Positions 25,458 to 36,335 of a stretch of 64,000 nucleotides of DNA are shown here, in pieces. This stretch comes from Acidobacteriota bacterium. Its GTDB lineage: Bacteria > Acidobacteriota > Vicinamibacteria > Vicinamibacterales > CAVVIG01. Under the pieces are notes generated by a model. That model was not told the origin of the DNA. It searched no databases and worked only from the letters and a program-made list of their open reading frames with translations. Made by a program: the position numbers and the translations under genes. How positions within the stretch are numbered: the first letter of the stretch is position 1; each line of letters starts with the position of its first letter. The DNA lies in contig JBDTVS010000192.1 of the NCBI GenBank assembly GCA_040007095.1, positions 16,552-80,551 of the forward strand, given 5' to 3'.

Positions 25458-26483
25458 TTAGTTGGGGTAGGTCGAAATCCAACTTTGGAGTGTGTTGTAG
25501 ACCGTGCTGGTCAGCCTGGTGCCGCAGTTCTGCGTCGAGGAGCCGGTCGTATGGATCCCGCGGACGTAGACTCCGCCGCCATCGGCGATGCCGCTTCCGC
25601 TCTGGCCGCCAGCGGTGTCGATCTGGTAGCACAGCCTATACGAACCGCTGGTCGAGACTGCGCCGGAGGCCGTCCACATCGTGCCGAAGGGTTTGTCGCC
25701 AGGATAGCCGGTGATCGTGTGCGTTCCACCGGAGTAAACGCCCCAGCCGGAATTCCCGCCGTGGGGAGGCGCGCTGAGCACAATCATCGCGTAGTCGTAA
25801 TTGCGGTCGGCGTTGTTGTGCCATGCGGAAGTGGTGATGGCGCGCGACCACGACTTCGTTCCCCACGGTTGGTAGTTGCCGTTCTGGGCCACGGTGAAAT
25901 TCAGGCTCGAGTACCAGGTGCCGGCACCGTTGGACACACAATGTCCGGCCGTCAGGACGTGTTTCGGCGAGATCAGCGTTCCGGTGCAGCCGACGGCGAT
26001 CCGCCCGATATGCCAGAACGGGGAAGCCACGGTATTGGTCACCTGCACTCTTTGATCGGTGCCTTGGACGATTTCCGGAATGGGTATCGAGAAATTCCCC
26101 AACTGCGCCCCAGTTGCCGTGCGCGCGGCGAGCGTCGGCGCGGTGCCCCCGGTGGTCGCGAGGCGGCCGATGGCTTCAAGGTTCTTGAGCGCCGACTCGA
26201 AAATCGCGACGTCTCTCGACTCCATCTTGGATTCAAACAGATTGCCGCTCGGTGTCACCGCCACCGCAGTGAGTCCAGCGACCCGGCGTTGAATGTCGTT
26301 TTCGACCTTGAGGGCGGTAAACCTGTCGTCGTCCGTTTCCGGGATGACGTTCGTGACCAGGTTGTCGCCATAGATGAACGCCGCCCGTCCCGTCTGCCTC
26401 CCGAACGAGAAGCTCCCCTGGGCGGCATAGGTTATCGGCGCCATCGACAGGACCACCAACCACAACGCTGCTAATTTCCTCAT
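25458..26483 (-). CDS. secreted trypsin-fold serine protease (S1B, glutamyl-endopeptidase-like)
   Basis: Catalytic triad contexts are TLISPKHVLTAGHC (His), NYDYAMIVL (Asp) and DTAGGQSGSG (Ser). Signal peptide MRKLAALWLVVLSMAPITYAAQG. Confidence 0.85.
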   Translation of the reverse strand: MRKLAALWLVVLSMAPITYAAQGSFSFGRQTGRAAFIYGDNLVTNVIPETDDDRFTALKVENDIQRRVAGLTAVAVTPSGNLFESKMESRDVAIFESALKNLEAIGRLATTGGTAPTLAARTATGAQLGNFSIPIPEIVQGTDQRVQVTNTVASPFWHIGRIAVGCTGTLISPKHVLTAGHCVSNGAGTWYSSLNFTVAQNGNYQPWGTKSWSRAITTSAWHNNADRNYDYAMIVLSAPPHGGNSGWGVYSGGTHTITGYPGDKPFGTMWTASGAVSTSGSYRLCYQIDTAGGQSGSGIADGGGVYVRGIHTTGSSTQNCGTRLTSTVYNTLQSWISTYPN

Positions 26484-26822
26484 ACGAACTCCTTGACGAT
26501 CAGACGTTGACCGACGCATCACCAGGTGCTGGCGAGGCGTTTACGAAAGCTTGACGATTCACAGTTGAGACAACGTCTGCTCTGCTCGATTGGAACAGCG
26601 TGCGCGTCGGCGGGCCGGTTGGGGAAACGAGGGGGGATTGGGTCGTTGATCTCGAGTGCGGTGCAGACCTATAACCAGACGTCGGCGCGCGGTGGCTCAC
26701 GCCGAGGTTGGCGTTGCCCGCGCGCGCCGCCAACCTCGGCCTGCAGCTCGATTTCTAGACGGAGGGTGGATCGAGGTCCTGTGTCGAGCGCACATCGCCC
26801 CGCAGGCGCGACACCAGGCAAT

Positions 26823-27809
26823 TCACCGCCCGGCAAGCCGCCGCGCTTCGCTGACCACGCTGGTGTCGATGAAGGCCCGGAGCCGCTCCCTGGGCAGAGG
26901 CTCGCGCTGCTGCCCTTTCGCGATCCACGTCTCTTCTTCAGTCAGGACGTCCAGCATGTCACCGGGCATGGCCGCCGGAAATGCCTGGAACGGCCAACTG
27001 CGCGTGACCGTATCCTCGGTCTGCTTGATCATCCTTGCCACGAGCGGGATCACGTCGCGGGGGCGCATCCGCACCGTGTCGTTGGCCACGATGAGCGCGC
27101 GCACGAACTCCACCAGCTCCCGTCGCCGCTTCGGATCGTTCAACACCTCGGTCGTCGTATACAGACTGAACAGCTCCCGGTAGGCCTTGTTGTCCTGAAA
27201 TACGGTCGCATCGTTGCCGAGCGCCTCCAGGGCCTGTTGGCCTTGCGGCTCCCACATCGAGATCGCGTCGGCCTCGCGTCTGGCGATGGCCGCCACCATG
27301 TCGTTCGCCGCGACGGTCACGAGTGTCACGTCGGCTTCCTGAAGACGAGCCTTGGCCAGCATCTTCACCAGGTGGTAATGCGCCGAGGTGTTGCGGGGCG
27401 TGATGATCTTCTTGCCGCGAAGATCCGCGAGGGTGTTGATGCCGGCGGACTTGCGCGCGATGACGCGGTACAGACCCTCGGCGACCGTCAACAGCACGCG
27501 GACATTCGGATTGGCGGCGGTCACCAGCAGCATCTGCGTCTCGGCATTGGTGCCCGCATGGGCGCTGCCATTGACGACATTGCGGATGCCTCCGCTGATC
27601 ACGTTGAAGCCCGCACCAGCCGGCCCTTCGTCGGCCAGGAAGATCGGCGCGGTCTCGATCGTGGTCATGTTGACGGCGACTGTAAATGGATCGCTCGGGC
27701 CAAGACGCTGTGGCGGCGGCGGGGCCTGGCCGCCCTGGCCCGCCATGCCGATCGGCGCCAGGCCAAGGGTTGCGATGAGCCAGAAACGTATCGTGACGGC
27801 ACTTTTCAT
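26823..27809 (-). CDS. periplasmic substrate-binding protein, NMT1/THI5 (SsuA/TauA)-like, with no cognate permease or ATPase nearby
   Basis: Signal peptide, then LADLRGKKIITP.., ..ADAISMWEPQ.. typical of type-2 SBPs of the sulfonate/nitrate/taurine group. The assignment is by eye only. Confidence 0.6.
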   Translation of the reverse strand: MKSAVTIRFWLIATLGLAPIGMAGQGGQAPPPPQRLGPSDPFTVAVNMTTIETAPIFLADEGPAGAGFNVISGGIRNVVNGSAHAGTNAETQMLLVTAANPNVRVLLTVAEGLYRVIARKSAGINTLADLRGKKIITPRNTSAHYHLVKMLAKARLQEADVTLVTVAANDMVAAIARREADAISMWEPQGQQALEALGNDATVFQDNKAYRELFSLYTTTEVLNDPKRRRELVEFVRALIVANDTVRMRPRDVIPLVARMIKQTEDTVTRSWPFQAFPAAMPGDMLDVLTEEETWIAKGQQREPLPRERLRAFIDTSVVSEARRLAGR

Positions 27810-27862
27810 TGAAATCGCTCCGGTAACGCGGGACGGCGGCCATCACCGCACAGGTAGACGCC

Positions 27863-30800
27863 TTAGAAATCGAACTGCACGCCGATCTTCGCAAAACGGG
27901 CCGGCAAGATCTGGGTTGGCTGTCCCCACAACGCCGGAGTGGTCACGCTGTAGGTCGTGCTGAACGTCTGGCCGGTACTCGAGTTCAGCGCATTGTAGAT
28001 GTCGACACCGACATTCAACCGTCGCCGGCCGAACTTGACGATCTTCCCAACGCGCAGATCGACGATGGTGATCTGGTCGAAGAACGACTCATTGGTCTCG
28101 AACAGGTTGATGCCAATTGTCTGGACACTGCCCGAGGGGGCTCGGCCCAACGTCTGCGCGATTTCCGTCGCCGGCACCTGCAGGACTGCCGACTTCGCCG
28201 GTCCATTTCTGCTGGTGAGCGTCCCGGCGACCTGGACGTCGATTCTCGGAATGGTGTAGGTCCCCAGGCCTTTGTACTCGGACAGAACGGGTGTTACCGT
28301 CCTGCAATTGCGCCGGCTCGGGCCCTCAGGAATCCCCGTCCCGTAATAGCCGTTTTCCACATAGGTACACCAATCGTCGCCGGCGGTTGAAAGTACGGCG
28401 CCACCGCGCAGCGTCAACCCGCTTTTGAATCGTGCGTTGACGTTGAGGTCCACGCCATTCCACCAATTCTTTCGATCGATCCCGGGAATGTTGTCCTCGA
28501 GGATGGTCTGGTTGTTGATTTGCCCGAACTTTTGCGGCGAAACGTTCCACAGGTCGCCGATCACGCGGCCGCTCGCAACGCCCAGCGCCGGGTCGACCGG
28601 AGCGGTGATGGAATAGACATCGAAATCGGACGGGGCGTTGAGCGTGTTCTTGATCAGCGTCCACTTATCGATCCAGCGGCGGTGCCAACCGACTTCGACG
28701 GACATGCCCGATAGAATCTGGCGCTGAACGGACGCGCCCAGCTCCCAGTCCATGGGCCTGGTGTACCAGCCCTTGAACATGTCCGGGTCGTAGGTGGTGC
28801 TGAACACCTGGGTCCCAAAGGTGTTGTTGTTCCAGGCTCCGCACACATCCCGGCCGCTGGCGCTGAGGTTCTGACTGGCGGGATTCAACAGGTCGCAGTC
28901 AGGCACGAAGTTCCCGTTCGAGTCCGCCCACGACCGGCCGACGGTGGTCTGAATGCGGCTGAGGGGATTCCCCAGCGTCCATCGGCCGTCGCTCGACGCC
29001 GAGTCCGTGTAGCGGCCGGCGTTGAACTTCACCGACGTCTTCCCGTCTCCCGACAGATCGTAGGTCACTCCGACGCGGGGATTGATGTCGTGAAATCCGG
29101 TGATTCCCCCCTCGGTGTCGGTCGGAAAGTCGAATACGGCCGGATGGAACCGGCTGCCGCCAAACGTCTGACCTGGATAGATGCTGGTCGCGTTGTCATA
29201 CCGGGCGGCCGCCTGCAGCGTCAGGCGCCCGAGCGTCCACTGCTCCTGTACATATGCCGACTGGCTGAAAGCTCGTGAGCGGTACTGGATCGGGTTGGCC
29301 CCGACCATGGTGAGCGACTGCGGAACGCCATTGCGGAAGGTATAAGAAATATCCCTGGTGTTGGTGAAGTTTCTGTTGTCCTGCACCTGCACGAAGCCCG
29401 TGTAGCCCACCTTGAAGTTGTGGGCGCCCGTCACGTACGCCGCCGATGCTTTCCAGCGCGGGACCGACGCATGGTTCTCCTGCCAGTTCATCGATCGGTA
29501 GGTGACCGATTGAATCCCGCTCTGGATGCCCGTGTCGGTCACGCGAACGAGGTCGCGCGTCAGGTTCCCGTCGCGCTCGCGTCCGCCGTAATCGTAGGCG
29601 CTGGTCGAAAACGCGACGTCCAAAAGAAGACGCTGTGTCGCTGGCGACTGCCAGCCCACCTGGACCAGATGTTGTGGATAGGCATCGGACGTCCCGGCGG
29701 CCTCGGGTGATGTGGTGGCGGAGCCCCCGCCTTTGTGGTTGTCTTTGAGCGTCTGCTCGTCGACGTAGAGGTTGACCTTCTGGCGCGACGTCGCCTGCCA
29801 CGTCACGCGCAGATTCGTCGCGTTGGTGGTCGAGTCGTTGAAGGCCGGACGGCTCTCGTCAGCCTCGAACAGCCAACTCGCGGTGCCGGCATTCTTGTTG
29901 TACAGCATCACGGGCACTTTCTTTTCGGTGGCCTTGGTCCGGCCGCTCCAGAAGAACCACAGCCGATCTTTCTTGATCGGTCCGCCGAACGATCCCGTCA
30001 CGTCGTGCGTGGTGATCAGGTCTTCGGTCGCCACTCTCGATCCCTGGGCCTTCAAGGCGTCGGTCAGGTTGCTGCCCTGCATGCCTCCGTTGGCGAAATT
30101 GAAGAAGAAGGCCCCATTGGGGGTGTTCCCGCCGGATCGCGGGATGACGTTGATCACCGGCCCGCCCGACTCCGCCTCGCCCAATGCACCAGAGGTCGTG
30201 ACCGCGAGTTCGGCGGCGTTACCCATGTCCGGCTGAAAGTAGCTCGTTCCGCCCCCGCCGGAATTGGCCCCCGCCCCTCCCGTCGGCCCTCCGACGTTCA
30301 TGCCGTCGACCAGCAAGCGGCCATCGTCGTTCCGGCCCCCGTGGGCGGAAAAGTTATTCACCTCGGCTCCTCCCCTGAGGCCGCCGACATCCAACGTACC
30401 TGTGACGGCCATCCCTGGAATGAGGATCGCCACGTTCTGGACGTTGCGTGCCGTCGGGAGCTCGGCGATGAGGGAGCCTCGGATGACGTCCTGGCGGACG
30501 GCGCTCTGGACGTCGACGATCGGTGTCTCGCCTCGTATGGTGACCGTCTCCGAAATGGTGCCCACCCGCAACTCGACGTTCACGGCGGCTGTGAAGCTGC
30601 CCGCGAGCTCGATGCCCTCACGAACGACGGTCGCGAACCCCTGCAGCGCAAAACTCACGTTGTAGCGTCCCGGCTGCAGATCGACGATGCGGTACTGCCC
30701 GGTCCCGTCGGTGACGACGGTTCGCGCCTTCTCGATGAGCGCGGCGCTTGTCGCTTCTACCGTCACTCCCGGTAACACGGCGCCCGAGGTGTCTCTGACG

Positions 30801-30892
30801 GTTCCCGTCACAGACGCTTGCGCAAAGGCGAGGGTCGGCGCGAACACCAGCACCGCCGCGACAATCGGCGTCGTAATGACACTCTTCGACAT
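27863..30892 (-). CDS. TonB-dependent receptor with carboxypeptidase-regulatory-like domain
   Basis: Signal peptide MSKSVITTPIVAAVLVFAPTLAFAQA, then VTGTVRDTSGAVLPGVTVEA..GQYRIVDLQPGRYNVSF. The C-terminus is ..IGVQFDF. Confidence 0.9.
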   Translation of the reverse strand: MSKSVITTPIVAAVLVFAPTLAFAQASVTGTVRDTSGAVLPGVTVEATSAALIEKARTVVTDGTGQYRIVDLQPGRYNVSFALQGFATVVREGIELAGSFTAAVNVELRVGTISETVTIRGETPIVDVQSAVRQDVIRGSLIAELPTARNVQNVAILIPGMAVTGTLDVGGLRGGAEVNNFSAHGGRNDDGRLLVDGMNVGGPTGGAGANSGGGGTSYFQPDMGNAAELAVTTSGALGEAESGGPVINVIPRSGGNTPNGAFFFNFANGGMQGSNLTDALKAQGSRVATEDLITTHDVTGSFGGPIKKDRLWFFWSGRTKATEKKVPVMLYNKNAGTASWLFEADESRPAFNDSTTNATNLRVTWQATSRQKVNLYVDEQTLKDNHKGGGSATTSPEAAGTSDAYPQHLVQVGWQSPATQRLLLDVAFSTSAYDYGGRERDGNLTRDLVRVTDTGIQSGIQSVTYRSMNWQENHASVPRWKASAAYVTGAHNFKVGYTGFVQVQDNRNFTNTRDISYTFRNGVPQSLTMVGANPIQYRSRAFSQSAYVQEQWTLGRLTLQAAARYDNATSIYPGQTFGGSRFHPAVFDFPTDTEGGITGFHDINPRVGVTYDLSGDGKTSVKFNAGRYTDSASSDGRWTLGNPLSRIQTTVGRSWADSNGNFVPDCDLLNPASQNLSASGRDVCGAWNNNTFGTQVFSTTYDPDMFKGWYTRPMDWELGASVQRQILSGMSVEVGWHRRWIDKWTLIKNTLNAPSDFDVYSITAPVDPALGVASGRVIGDLWNVSPQKFGQINNQTILEDNIPGIDRKNWWNGVDLNVNARFKSGLTLRGGAVLSTAGDDWCTYVENGYYGTGIPEGPSRRNCRTVTPVLSEYKGLGTYTIPRIDVQVAGTLTSRNGPAKSAVLQVPATEIAQTLGRAPSGSVQTIGINLFETNESFFDQITIVDLRVGKIVKFGRRRLNVGVDIYNALNSSTGQTFSTTYSVTTPALWGQPTQILPARFAKIGVQFDF

Positions 30893-31264
30893 GGTCTGAT
30901 ATCCCGGCTTTCAAGAGAGACGCGGTCGCCCGAGCCAGAACGATCCTGGACTGGCGGGCACGACCCGGTGAACGGTAGTCGGCCAGGACGCGGAGGATCC
31001 TGATCGCCAGATGAACGACGGCCGCATTGTAGGTTAAAAAGTCGTAAAGTCCTCCTCCGCAGACACCGTCGGCAACCGCGCGAGTTTCTGGACGTGACCG
31101 GAAACGACGGCATGGAGGTGGATCGCCGTGGCAATCTCTATTCGACGACCGGCGCCGGTTCTGGCGAGGTGCGAATCACATCGGCTGGGGGAAGCGGCGT
31201 GCCACATGCTCTTTCGCGTGCGGCTGAAACAGGCCAGGCATTCGGCCCGGACCAACGCCGTAGC

Positions 31265-31305
31265 GGGCTGCTGAAAAACGCAGCCCGAACTGAAAACTCA
31301 AAAGT
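31265..31305 (-). repeat. hairpin-containing intergenic repeat (family 2, copy 2)
   Basis: The reverse complement of 31266-31305 matches 952-991 at 39/40 positions. The stem is GGGCTGC/GCAGCCC. It lies 100 nt downstream of the TBDR stop at 31405. Confidence 0.8.
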
Positions 31306-31404
31306 TGGAGTGAGAGCTCGCGCGGAAGAAAAGTCGTGGCGAGAGCGGGAGTCCACCAGCAACTCGCGTCGCCATCGCCACAACTCGCGCCTAAAAGCGC
31401 TTGA

Positions 31405-34400
31405 CTACCAGGTAAGCTCCGCGCTGATTCGGACCAACCGTCCCGTGAGGATCGAATTCGCCTGCAGCCATGTCCCGCCGGGGCCGGCGTAGGTGTTGTT
31501 GTAGGTCAGCACCGGGTTGCTGTTCAGCGTGTTGTACAGATCGAGCGACACCATCGTGCGAGCGCCGCCGAATCGCAGCATTTTCGCGAAGCGGAAATCG
31601 AGCTGGTTGATCCGGTCGCCATACAGGCTTCCCGGTTCCACCAGGTTCACGGTCACGTTCGTCACGTTCCCCGAAGGCACCCGCCCGAGAGATTGCGCGA
31701 TCGTCGCCGCCGGAACGGCGTAGTTGGCGGACAGCAGGGCTCCGGGCTTGCTTTGAAAGATGGCGCTGACCTGCGCGTCAATCTTCTTGATGGTGTAGGT
31801 CCCCAGTCCACGCAGCTGCGTCAGCATCCCGTATGCGACATGACAATACGGACTCGTCGGACTGACCGTCGAACCGACCAGGCCCGCGCCGATGGCGGTA
31901 TTGACCTCGGGAAGATTGGCGCGAACGTCGCATGCGTCGGCGACGTTCTGTCCCGTGCTGGTGCCGCCCTGGAACGTGAACCCGCTTTGCGTTCGGAGGT
32001 TCACCGTCAGGTCGACGCCGTTGAAGTACTGATACTCCTTGCCGTACTTGCTCGCGAGCGTCTGCAGGTTGTTGACCTGGCCAGCCACCGCGGGACTGAC
32101 ATCGTAAAGCCCCGAGATCGTGTACCCACCCCCATTGGGCAGTCGTGGATCCTGCGGCGCGACGACGCTGTAACTCCCCAAGTCGGATGCCTTCACCGCC
32201 AGGTTGTCGTTCAAGGTGAAGTTGTCGAACGTGCGCCGGTAATAGCCCACCTCAACCGACATGCGCGGCAGCACCTGTTGCTGGAGCGAGAGGCCGAAGC
32301 TCCAATCGCCCGAGCGCACCCCCCATCCCGAGAGGAGATCCGGATCGTAGTTGCCGGTCAAGACCGGCTGTCCGAACGCCAGATTTGAGATCTGCCCGCA
32401 GAAGTCGCCGCCAGTCGCGCGGGCGTCGTTCGCCTGCGGATTCAGCAGATCGCAATCCGGCTGGAAATTCCCATTGGCGTCGGTCCAGGTGCGCGTCACA
32501 CCTGGCACTCCGAACGGACCGGTGCTGGTCGGAATACGCGTCGTCGGATTGGTGTTCGCGTAATTGAGCTGCACGCCGACGCCTTCGAGATAGCGGCCGA
32601 AATTCATCTTGACCGCCGTCCTGCCGTTGCCGAAGACGTCGTAGGCCAGGCCCATTCTGGGCGTGATGTCCTTGTAGCTGTCGATGCCCTTGGTTTCCGG
32701 GAAGTTGTAAGCCACGGGCAGGAATCGGTCGGGCCCGATACTCTGTGCGGGGAACCAGCTGCTCGCGACGTCCCAGCGGAGCGCCCCCTGCAGCGTCAGC
32801 CGCCCCAGCGTCCAATTCTCCTGAGCAAACAGCGCGTGCCAGCCGGCGCGGGCGTTGTTGATCCACGGCGAAATGGTCTGCGTCAGCTGGTTCGGCACGC
32901 CATTGTTGACGCGATACCAGAGATCCGTCGAGTTGGTCGACCACGTCCGATCGTCGGTCATCAGGGTGCCTTGATACCCGACCTTCATGCTGTGCGCCCC
33001 CGTGACGTACGACATTGTCCCTTTCCACGTATAGGACCCGGTGAGGTTTGCGCCGTAGTCTTGAGACCGGTAGACGATGCCCGGACGATTGCCGTTCGCG
33101 GCGCAGCCACCCGCACACTGTTCGGTGACCTTGATCAGATCGTGCGTGGGATTCGGGACGCGCTCGAAATTGCCCCAGCCGTAATACGTGCCCCCGAAGC
33201 CTGCCTCCAGCAGCAGCCGGTTGGTGAGCGGCGACGACCATGTCACCTGAGGCACTCGCAGCGGCAGCGTCTGGTTCGGGCCGTTCGCTTCGGGCGAGAC
33301 GACCGCGGGTGTCGTGATCCCGATCGTGTTGCCGTCGCACTTACGGCACACCCACTGCTCGTCCCAGAACCCGCCAATCTTGTTGCGTTGGCTCACCTGC
33401 CAGGTCAGGCGTCCGCTGACGTTCTCCCACGTGCGATCGGAGAATCCCTGCTGGTTCAGATCCGGTGCGTAGAGCCATTTGCTGGGATCGCCCGCGTTCA
33501 GATTGACGAACTGATTGACGTTCGCGCGCGTGCTTCCCTGCGTCCGTGCGGTGACGAAGTACCAGATGCGATCCTTCTTGATCGGGCCGCCCGCGGCCGC
33601 GTTCAGGTCGTACACCTTGAGCAACGGCGTCGGCACGATGCCGGTTCCCGCGGTGTTGTCGGCCTGCAGGTTCTTGCCGCTGCCGCTGTAGAACAACGAC
33701 CCCTGCAGCCCGTTGCCGCCGGTCTTCGGGACGATGTTCATCACCAGTCCGGCGGTTTCCGATTCGCCGAGGCCGCCAGACGTCGTGAACGAGATTTCCT
33801 GCGAGTTGCCGACGTCGACGGAGTAGCCAGGCGGCTGATTGCCTCCAGGCGGGTTGCCGACGTTGAGTCCGTCTACGGTCATGCGCCCTTCATTGTTCCG
33901 GCCGCCATGGATGGGGAATTGCGTGGTGGACGTGCCGGTTGCGACGTCGTTCGTATTGGTGGTGACGCCGGGGACGACGACGATGATGGCGTTGTAACTG
34001 CGAACCGTCGGGATGGCCTTGAGCACGTCGTTGCCCACCACTGTCTGGCGCCGCGCACTCTGGACGTCGACGATCGGGCTCTCGCCGGTGACGGTCACCG
34101 TCTCCGCCAGGCTGCCGACCTTCAACTCGCCGTTGATCGTCGCGGTGAACGACCCGGTCAGCTCGACCCCTTCGCGCCTGGACGTGCTGAAACCCTGGAG
34201 CGTGAACGTCACCGTATAGCTGCCGGGCCGCAGGTCTTCAATGCGGTACTGTCCCGTGCCGTCGGTGATCGCCGTTCGCACTTTTTCGATGAGCGCCGGA
34301 CTGGCGGCCTCGACGGCAACCCCCGGGAGCACCGCTCCCGACGAGTCCTTCACCGAGCCCGCGATGACCGCCTGCGCGAACGCGGTCGAAGGGACCAACA

Positions 34401-34443
34401 CCAGCCACGCGAAAAGCGTCAGCAGTCTCACAGTCGCCCGCAT
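31405..34443 (-). CDS. TonB-dependent receptor with carboxypeptidase-regulatory-like domain
   Basis: Signal peptide MRATVRLLTLFAWLVLVPSTAFAQA, then IAGSVKDSSGAVLPGVAVEA..GQYRIEDLRPGSYTVTF. The C-terminus is ..ISAELTW. Confidence 0.9.
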   Translation of the reverse strand: MRATVRLLTLFAWLVLVPSTAFAQAVIAGSVKDSSGAVLPGVAVEAASPALIEKVRTAITDGTGQYRIEDLRPGSYTVTFTLQGFSTSRREGVELTGSFTATINGELKVGSLAETVTVTGESPIVDVQSARRQTVVGNDVLKAIPTVRSYNAIIVVVPGVTTNTNDVATGTSTTQFPIHGGRNNEGRMTVDGLNVGNPPGGNQPPGYSVDVGNSQEISFTTSGGLGESETAGLVMNIVPKTGGNGLQGSLFYSGSGKNLQADNTAGTGIVPTPLLKVYDLNAAAGGPIKKDRIWYFVTARTQGSTRANVNQFVNLNAGDPSKWLYAPDLNQQGFSDRTWENVSGRLTWQVSQRNKIGGFWDEQWVCRKCDGNTIGITTPAVVSPEANGPNQTLPLRVPQVTWSSPLTNRLLLEAGFGGTYYGWGNFERVPNPTHDLIKVTEQCAGGCAANGNRPGIVYRSQDYGANLTGSYTWKGTMSYVTGAHSMKVGYQGTLMTDDRTWSTNSTDLWYRVNNGVPNQLTQTISPWINNARAGWHALFAQENWTLGRLTLQGALRWDVASSWFPAQSIGPDRFLPVAYNFPETKGIDSYKDITPRMGLAYDVFGNGRTAVKMNFGRYLEGVGVQLNYANTNPTTRIPTSTGPFGVPGVTRTWTDANGNFQPDCDLLNPQANDARATGGDFCGQISNLAFGQPVLTGNYDPDLLSGWGVRSGDWSFGLSLQQQVLPRMSVEVGYYRRTFDNFTLNDNLAVKASDLGSYSVVAPQDPRLPNGGGYTISGLYDVSPAVAGQVNNLQTLASKYGKEYQYFNGVDLTVNLRTQSGFTFQGGTSTGQNVADACDVRANLPEVNTAIGAGLVGSTVSPTSPYCHVAYGMLTQLRGLGTYTIKKIDAQVSAIFQSKPGALLSANYAVPAATIAQSLGRVPSGNVTNVTVNLVEPGSLYGDRINQLDFRFAKMLRFGGARTMVSLDLYNTLNSNPVLTYNNTYAGPGGTWLQANSILTGRLVRISAELTW

Positions 34444-34742
34444 GTGCTACCTCACAATCGATGATTCACCGCCCCGGGGTTTTACGCTGATCGAAACGAA
34501 CCCTGCCGTAAGACAATCGTTCGTGATGAATGCGAGAGGCCCGACTCCGTGCGATGTGGCGACACGCTATGCCAGGAGTCCTTCATAGTCAACATGCTTC
34601 GCGGTCAATTGCTGACGTCTCGACAGGTGTTATCCATGAATCCGAATCGTGGTCCGGCTCGTCCCAGACGCCGCTGATCTTGTTGCGGGGCGATGCCTAC
34701 CCGGTGAAAGGCACGATGATGTTCTCCGACGTCGAGCGACCG

Positions 34743-35303
34743 TCAGCGGCCGCTCGCGGGGGCTGGCGCGGGAGGTGTCAATCCGGTGCGAACCGCGTTG
34801 CGAATCGGCTTGATGGTCCGAAGGTACGCGTAAATGGCCTTGAGATCCTCGTCCTTCATGTTCTGATACACGTCGGTCGGCATCGGCGGGAGCAGTTGTA
34901 TCCCCTCCGGTTTCTTCCCGGTGCGCATCGTCTGAATGAACTTGGCTTCGTTGTAGCGGGTCCCCAGTCCAGTCGCCGGATCGGGCGTCAGATTCGACGC
35001 CACGCTCTGGCCCCACCCGCCCGTCCACGCGGTCAGATCCTCGGACGCGTGCACTTCACCCTCCGCTTTCGACGGCACCTTGGTCGTCAGAGGCCGGCCC
35101 GAGAGCATCCGCTCGGGATCGGGCTTCATGCCGACCAGCTTCGGGGAGTGACAATCATGGCAACCGGTGATCCCCACGAGGTACTGGCCGCGCTCGACGC
35201 TGCTCTGGGATGCGGGCGGCGCCTGAGCGCCCAGCCGCAGCGCCGGAACGATGACAACCGAGAGAGCCAACTCGGCCAACGTGTAGGCGAACAACTTCTT
35301 CAT
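34743..35303 (-). CDS. periplasmic c-type cytochrome (single CxxCH)
   Basis: ATG at 35303 with GGAGG 6 nt upstream. Signal peptide MKKLFAYTLAELALSVVIVPALRLGAQA. Heme motif GCHDCH and a distal LPPMP. Confidence 0.8.
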   Translation of the reverse strand: MKKLFAYTLAELALSVVIVPALRLGAQAPPASQSSVERGQYLVGITGCHDCHSPKLVGMKPDPERMLSGRPLTTKVPSKAEGEVHASEDLTAWTGGWGQSVASNLTPDPATGLGTRYNEAKFIQTMRTGKKPEGIQLLPPMPTDVYQNMKDEDLKAIYAYLRTIKPIRNAVRTGLTPPAPAPASGR

Positions 35304-35627
35304 CAAAGCCTCCCGGAAAATCGGTGTCTGGGTTCGATTGTGCCGGGAACGTATCGTTCTGGGGCGTGCACTGTCAACGGTCAATGTGCAGTCCAGCGGC
35401 ACGTTCGTCGACTGTGAAGGAATTCTGTCGGGATCCCACGGTGGGGCGGATTGCATGACCGCCGATTTGTCGTTCGAGCGCCGGCGTTTCTCCTATAATC
35501 CGTCCCGTGCGGTCACGCAAAGACGTGTAGAGATTCTTATTGTGTTCTGCGTGTTTTCGCGCTTCGTGGTTGCATTTTGCGTCTCGAAATCAGTAGGACC
35601 GTGCGACAGCCGTTCTGGAGGACTTCG

Positions 35628-36335
35628 ATGGTACGACGAGCACTTGTCGCCGCGTTTGTAGTGTGGGCCCTCACATCCAACGCCTTTGCCCAGACCCCTG
35701 CGCCCGCCGGCGGCGGTCGAGGGCGTGGCGAAGCGCCTACGCGCCCGCCGCTGTTTTTCAGCGAGTCCTGGAAGGCGCTGCCGACGCCGACCGACGATCA
35801 CGGCGAATGGCCTGCGGGGCAGGCCGGAGTTGCGAGCCCGAATCTGCAACTCTCCCTGTACGGTCCGTCGGGCAAGGACATCACGCTGGTCGCGGTCCGA
35901 GGTCGGGCCGACGTCTATCCGCTCAACCTGTGGACCGGCGTGACGACGTCTCCAATCGGTGCCACGCTGCGGGACAAGAGCAATTACGTCGACCTCGTCG
36001 ACCCCCTGGCAAAGATCCGCTGGGTCGTGCGGACGTCCGGGTTCCACCAGATCCGCCCGCTCATCAAGTTGGCCGACGGGACCTGGCTGGTCGGCGACCG
36101 CACCTCGGGTCCGTTCGCCGACTTCAACCAGACCGACGTCTCGATTGCCGACGTACGCTGGATGAAGATCGACCCCGCACGGATGGTGACCGTCGGCCTC
36201 TCTGTCGATCGTCCCGATCTGAGCCGGGTTGACGAGGTCGGCTTCGCGGATCTCATGCCCGGTAGTGGACACGGCAATGGCGGTTACGTGAACGTCGCCA
36301 AAATCGAAGTCTTCGGGAAACCGGTCAAACGGTAA
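35628..36335 (+). CDS. secreted hypothetical protein
   Basis: ATG at 35628 with GGAGG 6 nt upstream. Signal peptide MVRRALVAAFVVWALTSNAFAQ, then GGGRGRGEAP. I recognised no family. Confidence 0.65.
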   Translation: MVRRALVAAFVVWALTSNAFAQTPAPAGGGRGRGEAPTRPPLFFSESWKALPTPTDDHGEWPAGQAGVASPNLQLSLYGPSGKDITLVAVRGRADVYPLNLWTGVTTSPIGATLRDKSNYVDLVDPLAKIRWVVRTSGFHQIRPLIKLADGTWLVGDRTSGPFADFNQTDVSIADVRWMKIDPARMVTVGLSVDRPDLSRVDEVGFADLMPGSGHGNGGYVNVAKIEVFGKPVKR

